Shown here piece after piece: positions 48,982-61,330 of a DNA stretch of 64,000 nt; the stretch's first letter is position 1, and each line of letters opens with the position of its first letter. The notes beneath the pieces are model-generated. The model had not been told where the DNA came from. It made no database searches and worked only from the letters and a program-made list of their open reading frames with translations. A program made the translations under genes and the position numbers. Source of the DNA: Antedon mediterranea. Taxonomy: Eukaryota; Animalia; Echinodermata. The stretch is from positions 26,770,795 through 26,834,794 of the forward strand of contig NC_092670.1 of the NCBI RefSeq assembly GCF_964355755.1, given 5' to 3'.

Positions 48982-49126
48982 AACACCGTAGATGTATTAC
49001 TTCTACTGTCATACTTCTGAGACCAGCATTCCTTTGTTTATGCGATCAACAGTAAAAATATGTCCAGGAAAATATATTAATAAGAACATTGTGTATGTTT
49101 TTGTCTTATGTAATTTTTGTTGAAAT
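48982..49126 (+). other. 5' UTR portion of the GALNT first coding exon
   Basis: Polypyrimidine tract and acceptor TTTGTTTGTTTACAG at 48981; if used, an upstream non-coding exon must exist. Confidence 0.5.
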
Positions 49127-49280
49127 ATGGCACGTCGGTTGATGTATGTTAAGGTGGTCCTAGCGACATCAATGGTATGGTTTATGCTGGATATTATGTT
49201 GATCATGTACTATAGTGAATGCTCCCAGAATAATTGCAATCAGGAAAATGCTCATGGTCAGCCAGTCCTCCGGGAAGAAA
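49127..49280 (+). CDS. GALNT1: Polypeptide N-acetylgalactosaminyltransferase (GALNT1/GALNT13-like), first coding exon (cytoplasmic tail plus type II TM anchor)
   Basis: MARRLMYVKVVLATSMVWFMLDIMLIMYYSEC matches the GALNT1/13 N-terminus (KVVLATSL.W.LLD...YFSEC); donor A|GTAAGT at 49281, phase 1. Confidence 0.88.
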
Positions 49281-49954
49281 GTAAGTACAATTCTTGTTCT
49301 GCATTGCTCGCTGAAGTGAATGCTATGCGCACCCAGATAGATGTCCATCCTTTGTATAATTACCATAATTACTATGTCACAATAGAGAGTTCATCCAAAG
49401 ACAGTGTAGCAGGAAGATATGACACTTCCTATTTGATCAATGCAAATAAACGCGAGACACTATGCGCCATTTACTCAATTTCAAGAGCACCTCGCATGTC
49501 AAGTACTGTAGGGATACGTAAAGTTATTCTATAGGAAATAGGCTAACACTGTAACAGTAGAATCTATGAATGTACGAATTAACATATAAAATGTAATGTT
49601 ATCTTCAGATTTAGATTGATTTATTAAGTCATTTAGTACAATGATAATTGTTTTCTTGGCAGAAAAACAAAGCAATACACACATAATATTTACATACATG
49701 ATCAACATGGAACTTAACGACTGATCAAGCAATATAAATACAAAAGCCCTAATGACCTATCTTTGGAAATCATTGTTGTGTAGTCTAATGGGTAAGAATG
49801 ACAATTTATGTTTTTTATGTTTTCTATTTGTTTTAAAACTGGAATTGTTGTTAATCTTCCAGATCTTGTAACTACTATTACTTTACTGTTGAGAATATAA
49901 GATTCATCAGCTAAAATACTATTTAATTTAGATAATTTCATCATTACACATTTG

Positions 49955-50218
49955 TTTTTTTTATTTATTTATTCAATTTTAGGCAAATTGCCAAGGATAA
50001 CCACAAGTGAACTCAATCACTGTCCTTCTCTCAAAGGTGGCTCTCCTGTTCACACGACAAACATACACACAAGATGCTCTACATAAACAAAGACTTAATA
50101 CAAGTCTTTGGGAGTGGAGATGCAAATTGTCATGATAAAAAAATCCTGACAGGACAGGACTTGAACCCAGGACCCTAAGATTGGTAGCCAAGCATCATAA
50201 CCACCGAGCCACAACTCC
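49955..50218 (-). mobile_element. tRNA-derived SINE
   Basis: - strand GGAGTTG-TGGCTCGGTGG (A box)...GGTTCAAGTCC (B box), followed by a body and an AATAAA/A-rich tail. Confidence 0.75.
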
Positions 50219-50653
50219 AATCCATTTGTGTGATATCTTTAATCTTGACACCAGTAATTTTGCTTGCATTCCTAACTATTCTGTTTAACTTATTCAATTT
50301 TTTCTTTGTTAGACCATTTACCCAAGTAACACAACAAAAGCTTAATACAGATTGAATAACACTTTGATAAAAAAGAAATAAAGAATCACGGCCTATGTTA
50401 TATTGTTTTAACTTCGTCCATTTCTTCCTCCTGTTCGTACTATGTCAATGGCCCTTCGCCATAATCGACACTCTTCTCATTTTCCTTTTAAAGGACATAC
50501 TACTTTTTTTCTTTACTCTACTCTACCTCACTCTCTCTCGCTTAATCTTTTCATCTTAACTCTTCTGTACTTGACATTAAAACTGCCCTTAAGATGTGAC
50601 CTATAATTTCTTACACAACATTAATTATAATAATAATAACAATAAAAATTATA

Positions 50654-52230
50654 ACTAGAATTTAATTCGTCACTTTGACGAATTATAGGTGATCATTTTT
50701 ATCATTTTATTGACATTAATATTTTTTTAAACATGCACGTACGTTAACATATAATCGAAAAATGTTGATGTACAGTATGCCATCCTATTATACGCTTATA
50801 GCGCTGAGTTGTGCCTATTATATGCCATATACATTATGTACAGTATATACTGTATATCTATATACAGTGTAGCATAGGTGAAATTACGGGACACACATCA
50901 TGTTCCATTTTTTTGGTATGATGGAATTATCAAAATAAACTCAAAGATGACAATTTCGAAAGATAATAAATTGAGCAAATAAATATAAGAATTGGAAGAA
51001 AATTTGGCACGTAGAAGCGCTGTACGCGCTCTTTGTATAACTTTTACGAAAAAGATGAAAATACTACTTTTTACTTCAACTGGCCATATGTTAACGTCAC
51101 AACATCCAATAGGCTTGATTTTTGTATGAATTCACATCTACATTTCATCAGCTTTCATAATAAATTATAATCATCAAGGTAACTTTTAATTCTGAAAAGC
51201 TGTAAGATATTCAAATTCACGGTGAAGGTGAAATTACACGACCTATGTTAATCAAGTTTTTACGCGTGATGAAGTCATCAAAATAAAAGTAGTGGCAAGT
51301 CATAAGAAAGTCAATTAATTGAGCAATCACATACTGAAAATTGAGCGAAAACCGGGCACAAAATAACAGAGATGCGTTCTATTGAATGTGAAAAAGAATG
51401 ACAAAAGAGAAAAATAACTTAATTTTAAATTCAAGTGGCCATTTGATGACGTAAAAACATTTTGTACGTAAAATGTGTACATGAATTCATATCTACAACT
51501 CAACGGCTTCCAGAAAAAGTTAAAAAAATTGGGGGTCATCGTGCATTTTGAATTATTTTCATTTTTAAAATGCCTTATTTTTCACCATTTTCAACACTTT
51601 GATGCAATTAATTTGCGCATTTTGTCATTTTGAACCTCTTCGTATAGCGTTATTTTATATCGGAACTGACTCAAATTTGGTGAATGTACTAAAGATGGTG
51701 AGTAGAATGCGGTTTGTAAAAAAAATCGTATTTTTTACGCTTTTTAAGTATCACGCGCGCAAAAATTTTTTTTTTGCGCAGTAATTTTTTAAAAACACGC
51801 AAATGGCCTAATTCATGCTCTAAATTGATCAAAACTTAATTTTGAGGTTTTTAAATTTTTAAAGCGCGATTTCACGCGCATAACCCTACGTGTGCATGCG
51901 TTTTTATTTGATAATATTTTTACACTTGACCTGAAGTTTACGTTTAGTGAATTACATTAATATGTGATAATTAATTATGGAGATATGATTGATAATGTGA
52001 TTTCACAAAATGGCGTATAAATTACGTCACGGTTGAGTGATCACGCTGAAAAGCTTATTAGAACTAAGTTAAAGTATATGAAAGACATTGTGAAATTTTG
52101 GTAATCATTGACATTAAACTTTTTGAGATATCTGTTAGATTACACAAAATCTGTACAGAAAGTAATAAATAATAACAAAGATTTCATACAATAACAATAG
52201 GTGATCATTTTATTCTAAATGATCACCTAA
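50654..52230 (-). mobile_element. HINE family B (same terminal architecture as family A, different sub-TIR and body)
   Basis: ACTAGAATTT-AATTCGTCA-ctt-TGACGAATT-ATAGGTGATCATTT ... ATAGGTGATCATTT-tattct-AAATGATCACCTAAT. Confidence 0.8.
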
Positions 52231-52339
52231 TTATAACTATAACAATTATAATAAATAACAATTATTATAATAATGACAATATTAACTATAGTAATGATTA
52301 CAACAATTTTAAATGTAAATATGTGTTTGTATGATGTAA

Positions 52340-52821
52340 TGTTTAAGCAGATATTAGCCCTTGATGGCATTTGCAGCAATATAGAAATTGAATTGAATTG
52401 AACTTCCTTAAGGAATACAGTGTTGAAAACATTTAGCATACACTTTGCACGTATGTGTATCCCAAGAGAGAGAGAGACTCTGGATTTTCAACATAATTTC
52501 CCTCAATAACAAGTGGAATGTGATTAAAGTCAAATATAAGCTCTTTGGTTTTTTAGAATTGTTACACAAATAATTAGTATTAACCAATCTAAAACCCTTG
52601 ATACTTCTTCTCTATACAAATTCATCTCTTCAGACCAGTCAAACACATATCATCCGCAAAGGTTACATGAATTAACATTACATCTTAAATCACTAACATA
52701 TATTAAAAATAAAAGTGGTGATAACACACATGTTCCCGTATTTGAGTCAATACCAGTTCTACCAGTAACAAAATTGCTTATACATGAACATAAATAAGGA
52801 TTTACATTCATTGTTATCAGC
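52340..52821 (-). mobile_element. Rex1/Babar-like LINE RT fragment, downstream part
   Basis: - strand reads LITMNVNPYLCSCISNFVTGRT..NTG..CVLSPLLFLIYVSDL..FADDMCLTGL. Confidence 0.7.
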
Positions 52822-54455
52822 TGTATCACCCACTAATGTAACAATCAACCACTATTACGTAACAAACATCAACCACTAATGTAACATTAACCACCAACGT
52901 AACAAACATCAACCACTAACGTAACATTAACCACTAATGTAACAAAAATCACCCACTAATGTAACATTAACCACTAACATAACAAACATCAACCACTAAT
53001 GTAACATTAACCACTAAGGCCCTGTTCAGACCCATGGCGTTAGACCGTTTTAGCGTACAACGTTACTATCAAGGTCACGTTACAAACCGCAGAGAAAAAA
53101 ACGAGGTGTTCAGACCCATAGCGTACGATTATCGTTACAACGGAAGTACGTCATCCAGGTTGTTTCTAGTTGCATATTCATGTGCTCTTACCCACGTGTT
53201 TTCATCATTATTTCCACTGTATATAGGCCTAGATCTCAGCCCTACAATTATGACAAAATTTGCCGTAAATAAAACATACCTCAGCATTTATTTAAGAAAA
53301 ATATAGTAAAGCCAAATTTCTGTTTCTATTGTTTTTATTTTGTAGTAAAAAACATTTTCCCCAGGCTCTTGTGTTACGAAAATAAAGCAGGCCTCGTAAT
53401 GATGAAGAAAAATATGATTGTGATTAGTCTATCCAGTCCAGTCAAAGATATATATTCTTTGGTCCAGTCGGTTGAAAATAACCCTTAACTTGCTAATAAA
53501 AGGGACACAGCTCCCCTTGTTTGTTTACTGATTTTTTTAGGAGTTAGGGGGTTTTCAGCATTAAACTTGTCCAGTCTAGTCTGCCTTGTATGAATGAGTG
53601 ACTTGATGTCCCACGCTAGTTTTTAGCTTGAATGAAATGCGTGAATGGCTCTAGGCCTTAGCTAGGCCTAAAAGCGGATGGGATCGTAGTCCCTATGTTT
53701 AAATACAAGGTGCATGTATTTATGTCATTTGTTAGAAAATATAATGGTAATCAGTTGATAATAGTTTGTAGCCTTTGTAACAGTTGTATTTGTAGTGTAG
53801 TTAGGCCTTATTTATTCTGGCCTTTTTGCTATTGAAATCCATCTCACACATTGACGATACAAGATGTCAGCCTAGGTCAAACCTTGTTTCGCGTCATAAC
53901 AGGAAACGTTCTGATTGGATACAACGTTGACTTACAGTAGCGTCGTACGCTAAAACGGTACTATCAACCGTTTTCCACTACAACGCTACAACCGTTGTAC
54001 GCTCCCCAACTGTTCAGACACACATTCTTTTAGCGTCGTACGCTAAAACGGTCTAACGCCATGGGTCTGAACAGGGCCTAACGTAACAAAAATCAACCAC
54101 TAATGTAACATTAACCACTAACATAACAAACATCAACCACTAATTTAACATTAACCACTAACATAACAAACATCAACCACTAATGTAACATTAACCACTA
54201 ACGTAACAAACATCAACCACTAACGTAACATTAACCACTAATGTAACAAAAATCACCCACTAATGTAACATTAACCACTAACATAACAAACATCAACCAC
54301 TAATGTAACATTAACCACTAACGTAACAAAAATCAACCACTAACGTAACAATCCATTAACCACGATCGTAGCAACAGTTTAACCACTAACAACAACTAAC
54401 TAACAATCTTCATTAACCATTAAAGTAACAGAATTTAACCACTAACATAACAACA
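52822..54455 (+). repeat. Left minisatellite arm (alternating 18/22-bp units, 40-bp period)
   Basis: (AACCACTAATGTAACATT-AACCACTAACGTAACAAACATC)n, interrupted at 53018-54078. Confidence 0.95.
53018..54078. mobile_element. PIF/Harbinger-type MITE with perfect 41-bp TIRs and TAA TSD
   Basis: TAA|GGCCCTGTTCAGACCCATGGCGTTAGACCGTTTTAGCGTAC ... reverse complement|TAA. Confidence 0.92.
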
Positions 54456-54649
54456 GTAGAAAATGTTGAGAAATCTTAGACTTTAAAAACTCTTTTTCAT
54501 ATTTTTTTTTTTGAAAGTTGGAAATCTAGGAATTGAGTTCAGTCATTTCATGTTTGTCTGTTCGTCAGCTCTCTTTGACTAGATAAATAATGGTGTTACA
54601 TTTAACTACTGTATATTAAATTTAAATTATTAAATTAAAATTAAGTTAA

Positions 54650-55160
54650 GGACGACCATACCTCTCGTTAAGGATCGCGTCTTATAATTGACTATTTCTC
54701 GTTAGTGACCTCTCCTAAGAAACAGCTTCTTTTAACGACCACTACCTCTCATAAATGACCACCTCTTTTAAAGGACCACCTTTTGTAAGTGACCATATCA
54801 TCTCAAAAGTGTACGCTTATCATAATCGACCACCTTTCGTAAGTGACTACCTCTTCTAAAGGACCACCATGTCTAGTAAGGGACCTCTTACAAGAGGTGG
54901 TGGTTCTTTATAATAGGTGGTTCCTTACGAGAGGTAGTGGTTGTTAATATAGGTGGTCGATTATGAGAAGCGTTCCTTTACAAGAGGTGGTCACTTACGA
55001 GAGGTGGTCGATTTATAAGACACAGTCCCTTACAGAAGTGGTGGTCGTTTAAGAGAGGTGGTCACTTATGAGAGGTGTTTGATAATGAGAAGCAGTCCCT
55101 TAAGAGAGGTGGTGGTAATGAGTGTGGTTGCTTACGATGTATGGCCGTTTTATGAAGGTG
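54650..55160. repeat. Palindromic array of ~17-20-bp units (GACCACCTCTCGTAAG / CTTACGAGAGGTGGTC); probable Tc1/mariner MITE remnant
   Basis: Units flip orientation at ~54880; similar to the subterminal repeats of the 12660 MITE. Confidence 0.65.
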
Positions 55161-55271
55161 ACTGCTTTTGAGTAAAGAGATGCATTTGCACAAATTTAAA
55201 CATAGGTTTGTAAAAAACACATGATTAAAACTGAAATTCAAAAAAGTCTAAAATTTCCAACTTACAAGACT

Positions 55272-56784
55272 TTAGTGGTTAGATGCTGTTACATTAGTGG
55301 TTAATGAAGTTTGTTACATTAGTGGTTGATTTTTGTTACGTTAGTGGTTAATGAAGTTTGTTACGTTAGTGGTTGATGTTTGTTACGTTTGTGGTTAATG
55401 TTACATTAGTGGTTGATTTTTGTTACGTTAGTGGTTAATGTTACATTAGTGGTTGATTTTTGTTACGTTAGTGGTTAATGTTACATTAGTGGTTGATGTT
55501 TGTTACGTTAGTGGTTAATGTTACATTAGTGGTTGATTTTTGTTACGTTAGTGGTTAATGTTACATTAGTGGTTGATTTTTGTTACGTTAGTGGTTAATG
55601 TTACATTAGTGGTTGATGTTTGTTACGTTGGTGGTTAATGTTACATTAGTGGTTGATGTTTGTTATGTTAGTGGTTAATGTTACATTAGTGGTTGATTTT
55701 TGTTACGTTAGTGGTTAATGTTACATTAGTGGTTGATGTTTGTTACGTTGGTGGGTAATGTTACATTAGTGGTTGATGTTTGTTATGTTAGTGGTTAATG
55801 TTAAATTAGTGGTTGATGTTTGTTACATTAGTGGTTAATGTTACATTAGTGGTTGATGTTTGTTACGTTGGTGGTTAATGTTACATTAGTGGTTGATTTT
55901 TGTAACGTTAGTGGTTAATGTTACATTAGTGGTTGATGTTTGTTACGTTGGTGGTTAATGTTACATTAGTGGTTGATGTTTGTTACGTTGGTGGTTAATG
56001 TTACATTAGGGGTTGATGTTTTTTACATTAGTGGTTAATGTTACATTAGTGGTTGATGTTTTTTATGGTAGTAGTGGTTAATATTACATTAGTGGTTGAT
56101 GTTTGTTACGTTGGTGGTTAATGTTACATTAGTGGTTAATGTTTGTTACATTAGTGGTTAATGTTACATTAGTGGTTGATGTTTGTTACATTGGTGGTTA
56201 ATGTTACATTAGTGGTTGATGTTTGTTACGTAAGTGATTAATGTTACATTAGTGGTTGATGTTTGTTATGGTAGTGGTTAATATTACATTAGTGGTTGAT
56301 GTTTGTTATGTTGGTGGTTAATGTTACATTAGTGGTTAATGTTTGTTACATTAGTGGTTAATGTTACATTAGTGGTTTATGTTTGTTACATTGGTGGTTA
56401 ATGTTACATTAGTGGTTGATGTTTGTTACATAAGTGGTTAATGTTACATTAGTGGTTGATGTTTGTTATGGTAGTGGTTAATATTACATTAGTGATTGAT
56501 GTTTGTTACGTTGGTGATTAATGTTACATTAGTGGTTAATGTTTGTTACATTAGTGGTTAATGTTACATTAGTGGTTGATGTTTGTTACATTGGTGGTTA
56601 ATGTTACATTAGTGGTTGATGTTTGTTACGTAAGTGGTTAATGTTACGTTAGTGGTTGATGTTTGTTACATTAGTGGTTAATGTTTGTTACATTAGTGGT
56701 TAATGTTACATTAGGGGTTGATGTTTGTTACATTAGTGGTTAATGTTACATTAGTGATTGATTGTTACATTAGTGGTTGATACA
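55272..56784 (-). repeat. Right minisatellite arm, inverted relative to the left, ~1.5 kb
   Basis: (GTTACATTAGTGGTTGATGTTTGTTACGTTAGTGGTTAAT)n. Confidence 0.95.
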
Positions 56785-56990
56785 TCAGCTTCCTCAATAG
56801 TACACTTGGCCGAATAGTATTGAAAGCAGAACTGTAGACAATAAACAATGATCTTGCATAACACTTTGCCTTATAATCTAAGTGCTCATAGATTGGTTGT
56901 AATGTAAGAGACACAAAGTAGCATCCTCTACACTTCTGTTTGAACAATAAGCAAATTGGGATGGGTCCGCTTGATACTTTGTTTCTTTAA
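56785..56990 (-). mobile_element. Rex1/Babar-like LINE RT fragment, upstream part
   Basis: YEHLD..YARSLFIVYSSAFNTIRPSVLLRKL (compare the LFVDFSSAFNTI motif). Confidence 0.7.
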
Positions 56991-57829
56991 TTAAAATCTT
57001 TATAGAAAGTGCAAATTAGACATATTTTTATGCTTCAAAATAACAATTTGAGTTTAAATTTCCTGGAATTGTTTAGGTACTATCATATTTAATTTTTTTA
57101 TTTTAATGTTTTTTTTAATGTTTTTATTTTATTACAAACCATCTTAAAAAAAAATATTATTTACACTTTAATTAGACCCAAAATACTTCAAATTTGGTTA
57201 GAAGCATAAAACTTGATATGGCAACTTGTATAAAAAATTCGCAACTTTTAAGCTTTAACACCATTTAAACTTTGACCTAAGACCCTGACCGATTCTTCAG
57301 AACTCGTAAACCATACATTCTAGAAACACGAAAATAATGGCATATGATGCTCTTAGGTCCAAAAATGCAGATCGTTAAAAACCATGTACTGTGTATCTAT
57401 TGACTCTGATTCAATCACCTCACGATGTGTTGCAACATGTACGTACACGAGGTGTAAAGTGTTGGAAAATTAAACTTATATGCCTAGTTTGTGTCATTTA
57501 TTATCGTAGAATATCTTATTTTAAACGTCAATTGAATTTATCAAGCAGAAAAGCAAGTATACAATATTTGTTAGATAAAAATGTACCAAAGGAATTTAAT
57601 AAGCTTGTTTATGGCAGCCGATACAAAATAGTGGTTTTTCGTTTTGTGATTCGATTCATTTCTTTTTGTATCGTCAAATTGACAAGACAAGTTGCTCTAT
57701 ATTTATAAAGAAGTATTAGATATGTCGCAATATGTTGCCTTTGTTTACTTAATTGTAAACAAGGCAGAAATAGTTACACTAGGTTAGGCTGTCTACTAGA
57801 CGGTGTCTGTATGTCCATTTAAACAGGTG

Positions 57830-58901
57830 TTTTGCCCGCCAATATGCCAAAACAAGAGTGCATTCAGTGCAGGGGCCCGCGTTCGACTGTGAACTGGGAA
57901 CGCCACATGCGATGCATTAACTGCCGTACGTGTAACCAAGACGATCCTTGCGTCGTTTGTGTCTGCTGGCTTATTACCGACTGCACATAGACTCCCTACA
58001 CAAAGTGGTCCCGTCAAATGCATTCATTCAGACGCATCTCGAATGGTTGCTGGTGAAAGGCAGGTTGAATAGGAATACCAATTCGAAAATCTTTGCCGGA
58101 CGTCCGTATAGTGACAGACGCATCCGAGACTTCGTGCCTCCAGGCATTTGGACGGTTGAGGAGGCGCTCTCACATCAACTTCCTAGAACTCTGGGCAGTC
58201 GAAAGGACTCTAAAGGCCCTCCGACCTCACGTGGCTGGACGTCACGTCTTTATACACTCCGACAATTCATGGTGGTAGCATATTTAAATCGTCAGGGGGC
58301 ACGAAGTCCCCGACGTTATGCTATCACCTATGGACACTGATGTTGATGTGCATAGACAACAACATCACACTCTCGGCTGCCCACATTTCGGGCAGCCTCA
58401 ACGTTGTTGCGGACGCCCTGTCCCGACAAACACTATGTCCCACAGAATGGTACCTTCTACCCAGCATCGCTACACTTATATTCGACCACTCCGGGCGGCC
58501 TCATATAGATCTGTTTGCGACGTCAGACAACACACAGCTCCTGACCTTTTGCACACGGTTCCGGGATGCTCGTGCATGGGCGGTGGATGCCCTGTCCATA
58601 CCTTGGGACGGACTAAGGGAATATGCATTTCTACTAATACCAACTGTTCTGACGAACATTCAGCGCCATCCTTGCCGGGTCCTTCTGATCGCCCCGGGCT
58701 GGACGCAACCTGTTTTACGATCATCCCCTGCATCGAGAGGATCTGCTGACGCAGGGCCGAGCTCTGTTCTCTCTACAGAACCTACAATCTCTGCGCTGTA
58801 TGGCCATAGTCGGGGATCAGCTCCGAGACTCAGGCATTTCAGATGGCCCTGCTGCCCTCCCGGCGAAATCTAGTCTGGAATCTACTCTTACCGTCTACAA
58901 T
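57830..58901 (+). mobile_element. DIRS1-type tyrosine-recombinase retrotransposon remnant (Cys-rich gag fragment, RNase H, methyltransferase-like domain)
   Basis: CIQC...RCINCRTCNQDDPCVVC; VTDAS..HINFLELWAV..HSDN..VVAYLNRQG; AAHISGSLNVVADALSR..EW..IDLFATSDN..AVDALSIPW..YAF. Confidence 0.85.
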
Positions 58902-60407
58902 CCCATAGCAAAAAAAAATAATAGATTTAAGTAGTCGTAAGTAGAAATAGCTCTATTTTTAGTAGCCCTAATAGTTTTTAAGTAGACCTTTTTATCTCGC
59001 CTACTAAGGATTTTAACTCAATGAGTCAACGATGGAATGACTACTTCCCAGCTATTTAAAATAGATAGTTGATTAATAGTTACTGGCTATTAATTATTTG
59101 TTAACAGTCTATTGATAGGTCATTGGTAGCCCTAGTATAGCTATTATAAGTAGACAGTTGATAGATATGATACTCATAGATTTCTAATAGCTATCTGGTA
59201 GTCCATATCTATCTATTGTATAAAATAGATAGTTTATTAACATTTACTGGCTATTGTCAGTTTGTTTATGTCTATTAATAGGTTGCTGGTTGCCCTTGGT
59301 ATAGCTATTGTAAGTAGATAGATGTATACAACTGTGTTACTCACAGATTAAAAATAGTGAAAAATCTATCTAAGGGTATGTTCAGACTCAAGGCGTACGG
59401 TAATCCGTGGCGTTAAAAGTCAAGGTGTTCAGACACAACGATTAGCATTCCAAACGTCTTGTGTTTAAAGCGGAAGTTCCGTCATACCGAAACGGCCAAT
59501 GGGATACATACACACAATAAAACAACAACAGAGCTGAGAGTGACACGCGCGAAAGTTTACAACATAATACAATATATAATATAATGTTACCTTCAAATGT
59601 AATGGTTTTTTTGCCGATTTTTTTGCAAATCCTTACAGAAGATAGTAATTTCGAACATAATTATTACACGGACAATGACTTTGCCATTATTTGTATGATT
59701 TTAATTAATTTTGTGAAATCATGTCGCCGACGCCAACTTCGTCAGGAAGAATTTTGCAGTTTAGATGCAATTTCTTTAAAAACAGCCATCTTGTTGCCGG
59801 CGCTAGCTTTCCAATTCCTAATTTCTATCTTGTCTATAAATTCAGGACTGCCCCATAATGAAATCAAATCAGCCACTTCTGTACTTTTCCATGTAAAATG
59901 TTTCATTTTAATTCGAATGTTGCTGTTGATCTAGGCTAGCTCGAGGAATAGCTATATTGTTTTGCTATTAAAAAAAACCTCGCGAATAGACTGCTGCTAA
60001 TTGCGGTCGTGTCTTTTCATTGGCTGACGTTGACCGGAGGTTGAAATCACTGATGCATCAATGGATTAGCCTTATGAAATCTACCCTCTCCCGCTGGAGT
60101 TATTAACGCCACTGGCGCGGAGTAACAGCTCCCTAACGCTAATCCGCGGCATGGTTCAGACACAAAAATATGTACGCCGCGTACATAACTCCACCGTAAC
60201 TCCATGAGTCTGAACATACCCTGATACTATTAGTGAGGATTTTGAATTATGGTAATGAGGTAAAACCTATTAGGACCTATCTAAAATCTGCCTAAAATCT
60301 AATTATTAGTAGGTACCTTAATAGGTAATAGAGCTATATCTATTAAGGCGATAACTTATAAGGCTAATAGATATAGAGCTATATCTACTAAGACTTTTTG
60401 TTATGGG
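58902..60407. mobile_element. CMC/EnSpm-like non-autonomous element (CCC termini, 2-bp TSD) splitting the DIRS remnant
   Basis: AT|CCCATAGCAAAAA ... TTTTTGTTATGGG|AT; internal TAGCTAT/AATAG repeats. Confidence 0.7.
59374..60221. mobile_element. PIF/Harbinger-type MITE
   Basis: TAA|GGGTATGTTCAGACTCA ... TGAGTCTGAACATACCC|TGA. Confidence 0.82.
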
Positions 60408-60668
60408 ATAGTTGATTAAAGCATTTCTTTACATGTTGCAGGCGGCTATTTCAGGCTATAGGTCCGCCATTGAGGCCGGTGACACCAAATCTTGAAGACG
60501 GCTTCACTATATCGTCATCCTCCGTTATCACGGAATGTTCAGAGAACGACCTCCAGTCAAGGTCGTGATTCCTCGATGGGATGTTAACGTCGTCCTAGCC
60601 GCTCTTACACGCCCACCATTTGAGCCTATGAGAAAGGCTACTCTTTATAACCTCTTGCTGAAGACATA
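60408..60668 (+). mobile_element. DIRS1-type remnant, N-terminal part of the tyrosine recombinase
   Basis: AISGYRSAI ... PRWDVNVVLAALTRPPFEPMRKATLYNLLLKT, characteristic of DIRS YR. Confidence 0.75.
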
Positions 60669-61293
60669 ACCATTACACCAAATTCTACACATGCTTGTAG
60701 TGAAATTAGCTTAATCACACACAGCATTAAGACACAAAAATAAAATTTCTTGTCCAAAAAACTTCATTTTTGTATAAGAGGCAAAAGTTATAATTTGTGA
60801 TATGGTATTTGATTTAAGTTACGGGCGCTTTTTCTTATACAAGTAATTTTTAAAAACCCATTAAAAAAAAACAAGATGCATAATGAAGACACCAAAAAAA
60901 AGATATGTTCAGGGGAAAATCTTATTACGAGAATTTCTATATAATATAAAGTATTTATATCAATTAGCACAAAAAAAAAAAGATGACTTGTAAAATTATT
61001 ACTTAAAAAAATATCTTCTGCAGGAACTGAACTAGCGATCTCAACTTTGGATACAAAACCGTTACACCAAACTCACAGGGTTCTAGTGCAATTAGCCTAA
61101 TCAAACTGAACACTAACACACAAACAAAAATATAGTCTGCAGATCGGATATTGCGCTCCTCTACTTTTTCTGCTATATACATATAGTATGTAGTTTTTAG
61201 AGTACTCCCCAGTTCGAAACGGTACATTTTTATTGTGACGTACTATTAGCATTTGATGGGATATTAATTATGTAGAATAGAAGAATGAATGTA

Positions 61294-61330
61294 GGCGGAG
61301 GTATGCACTCTTGGAGTTCTGTTTTCTAGT
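61294..61330 (+). mobile_element. 3' end of another Helentron-type non-autonomous element (fragment)
   Basis: GGCGGAGGTATGCACTC-TTG-GAGT..TTCTAGT: sub-TIR, hairpin and CTAGT terminus. Confidence 0.45.

Larger units (their letters stand above)
52822..56784. mobile_element. Foldback-type non-autonomous DNA element with minisatellite inverted arms; TGT..ACA termini, 5-bp TSD (Ginger2/TDD-like, tentative)
   Basis: TCAGC|TGTATCACCCACTAATGTAACAATCAA ... TTGATTGTTACATTAGTGGTTGATACA|TCAGC; removal restores the LINE frame LLRKL-ITMNV. Confidence 0.8.

Noticed and set aside
49281-49534. Continuation of the 135-aa ORF as GALNT coding sequence
   Set aside because: Similarity ends at a consensus GTAAGT donor; the remainder is intron read-through.
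50150-50218. Functional tRNA gene
   Set aside because: Acceptor and anticodon stems are imperfect and it continues into a SINE body and tail.
52822-56784. CRISPR-like or telomere-like array
   Set aside because: Eukaryotic context, no unique spacers or cas genes, and not TTAGGG; it is a minisatellite inside a TIR element.
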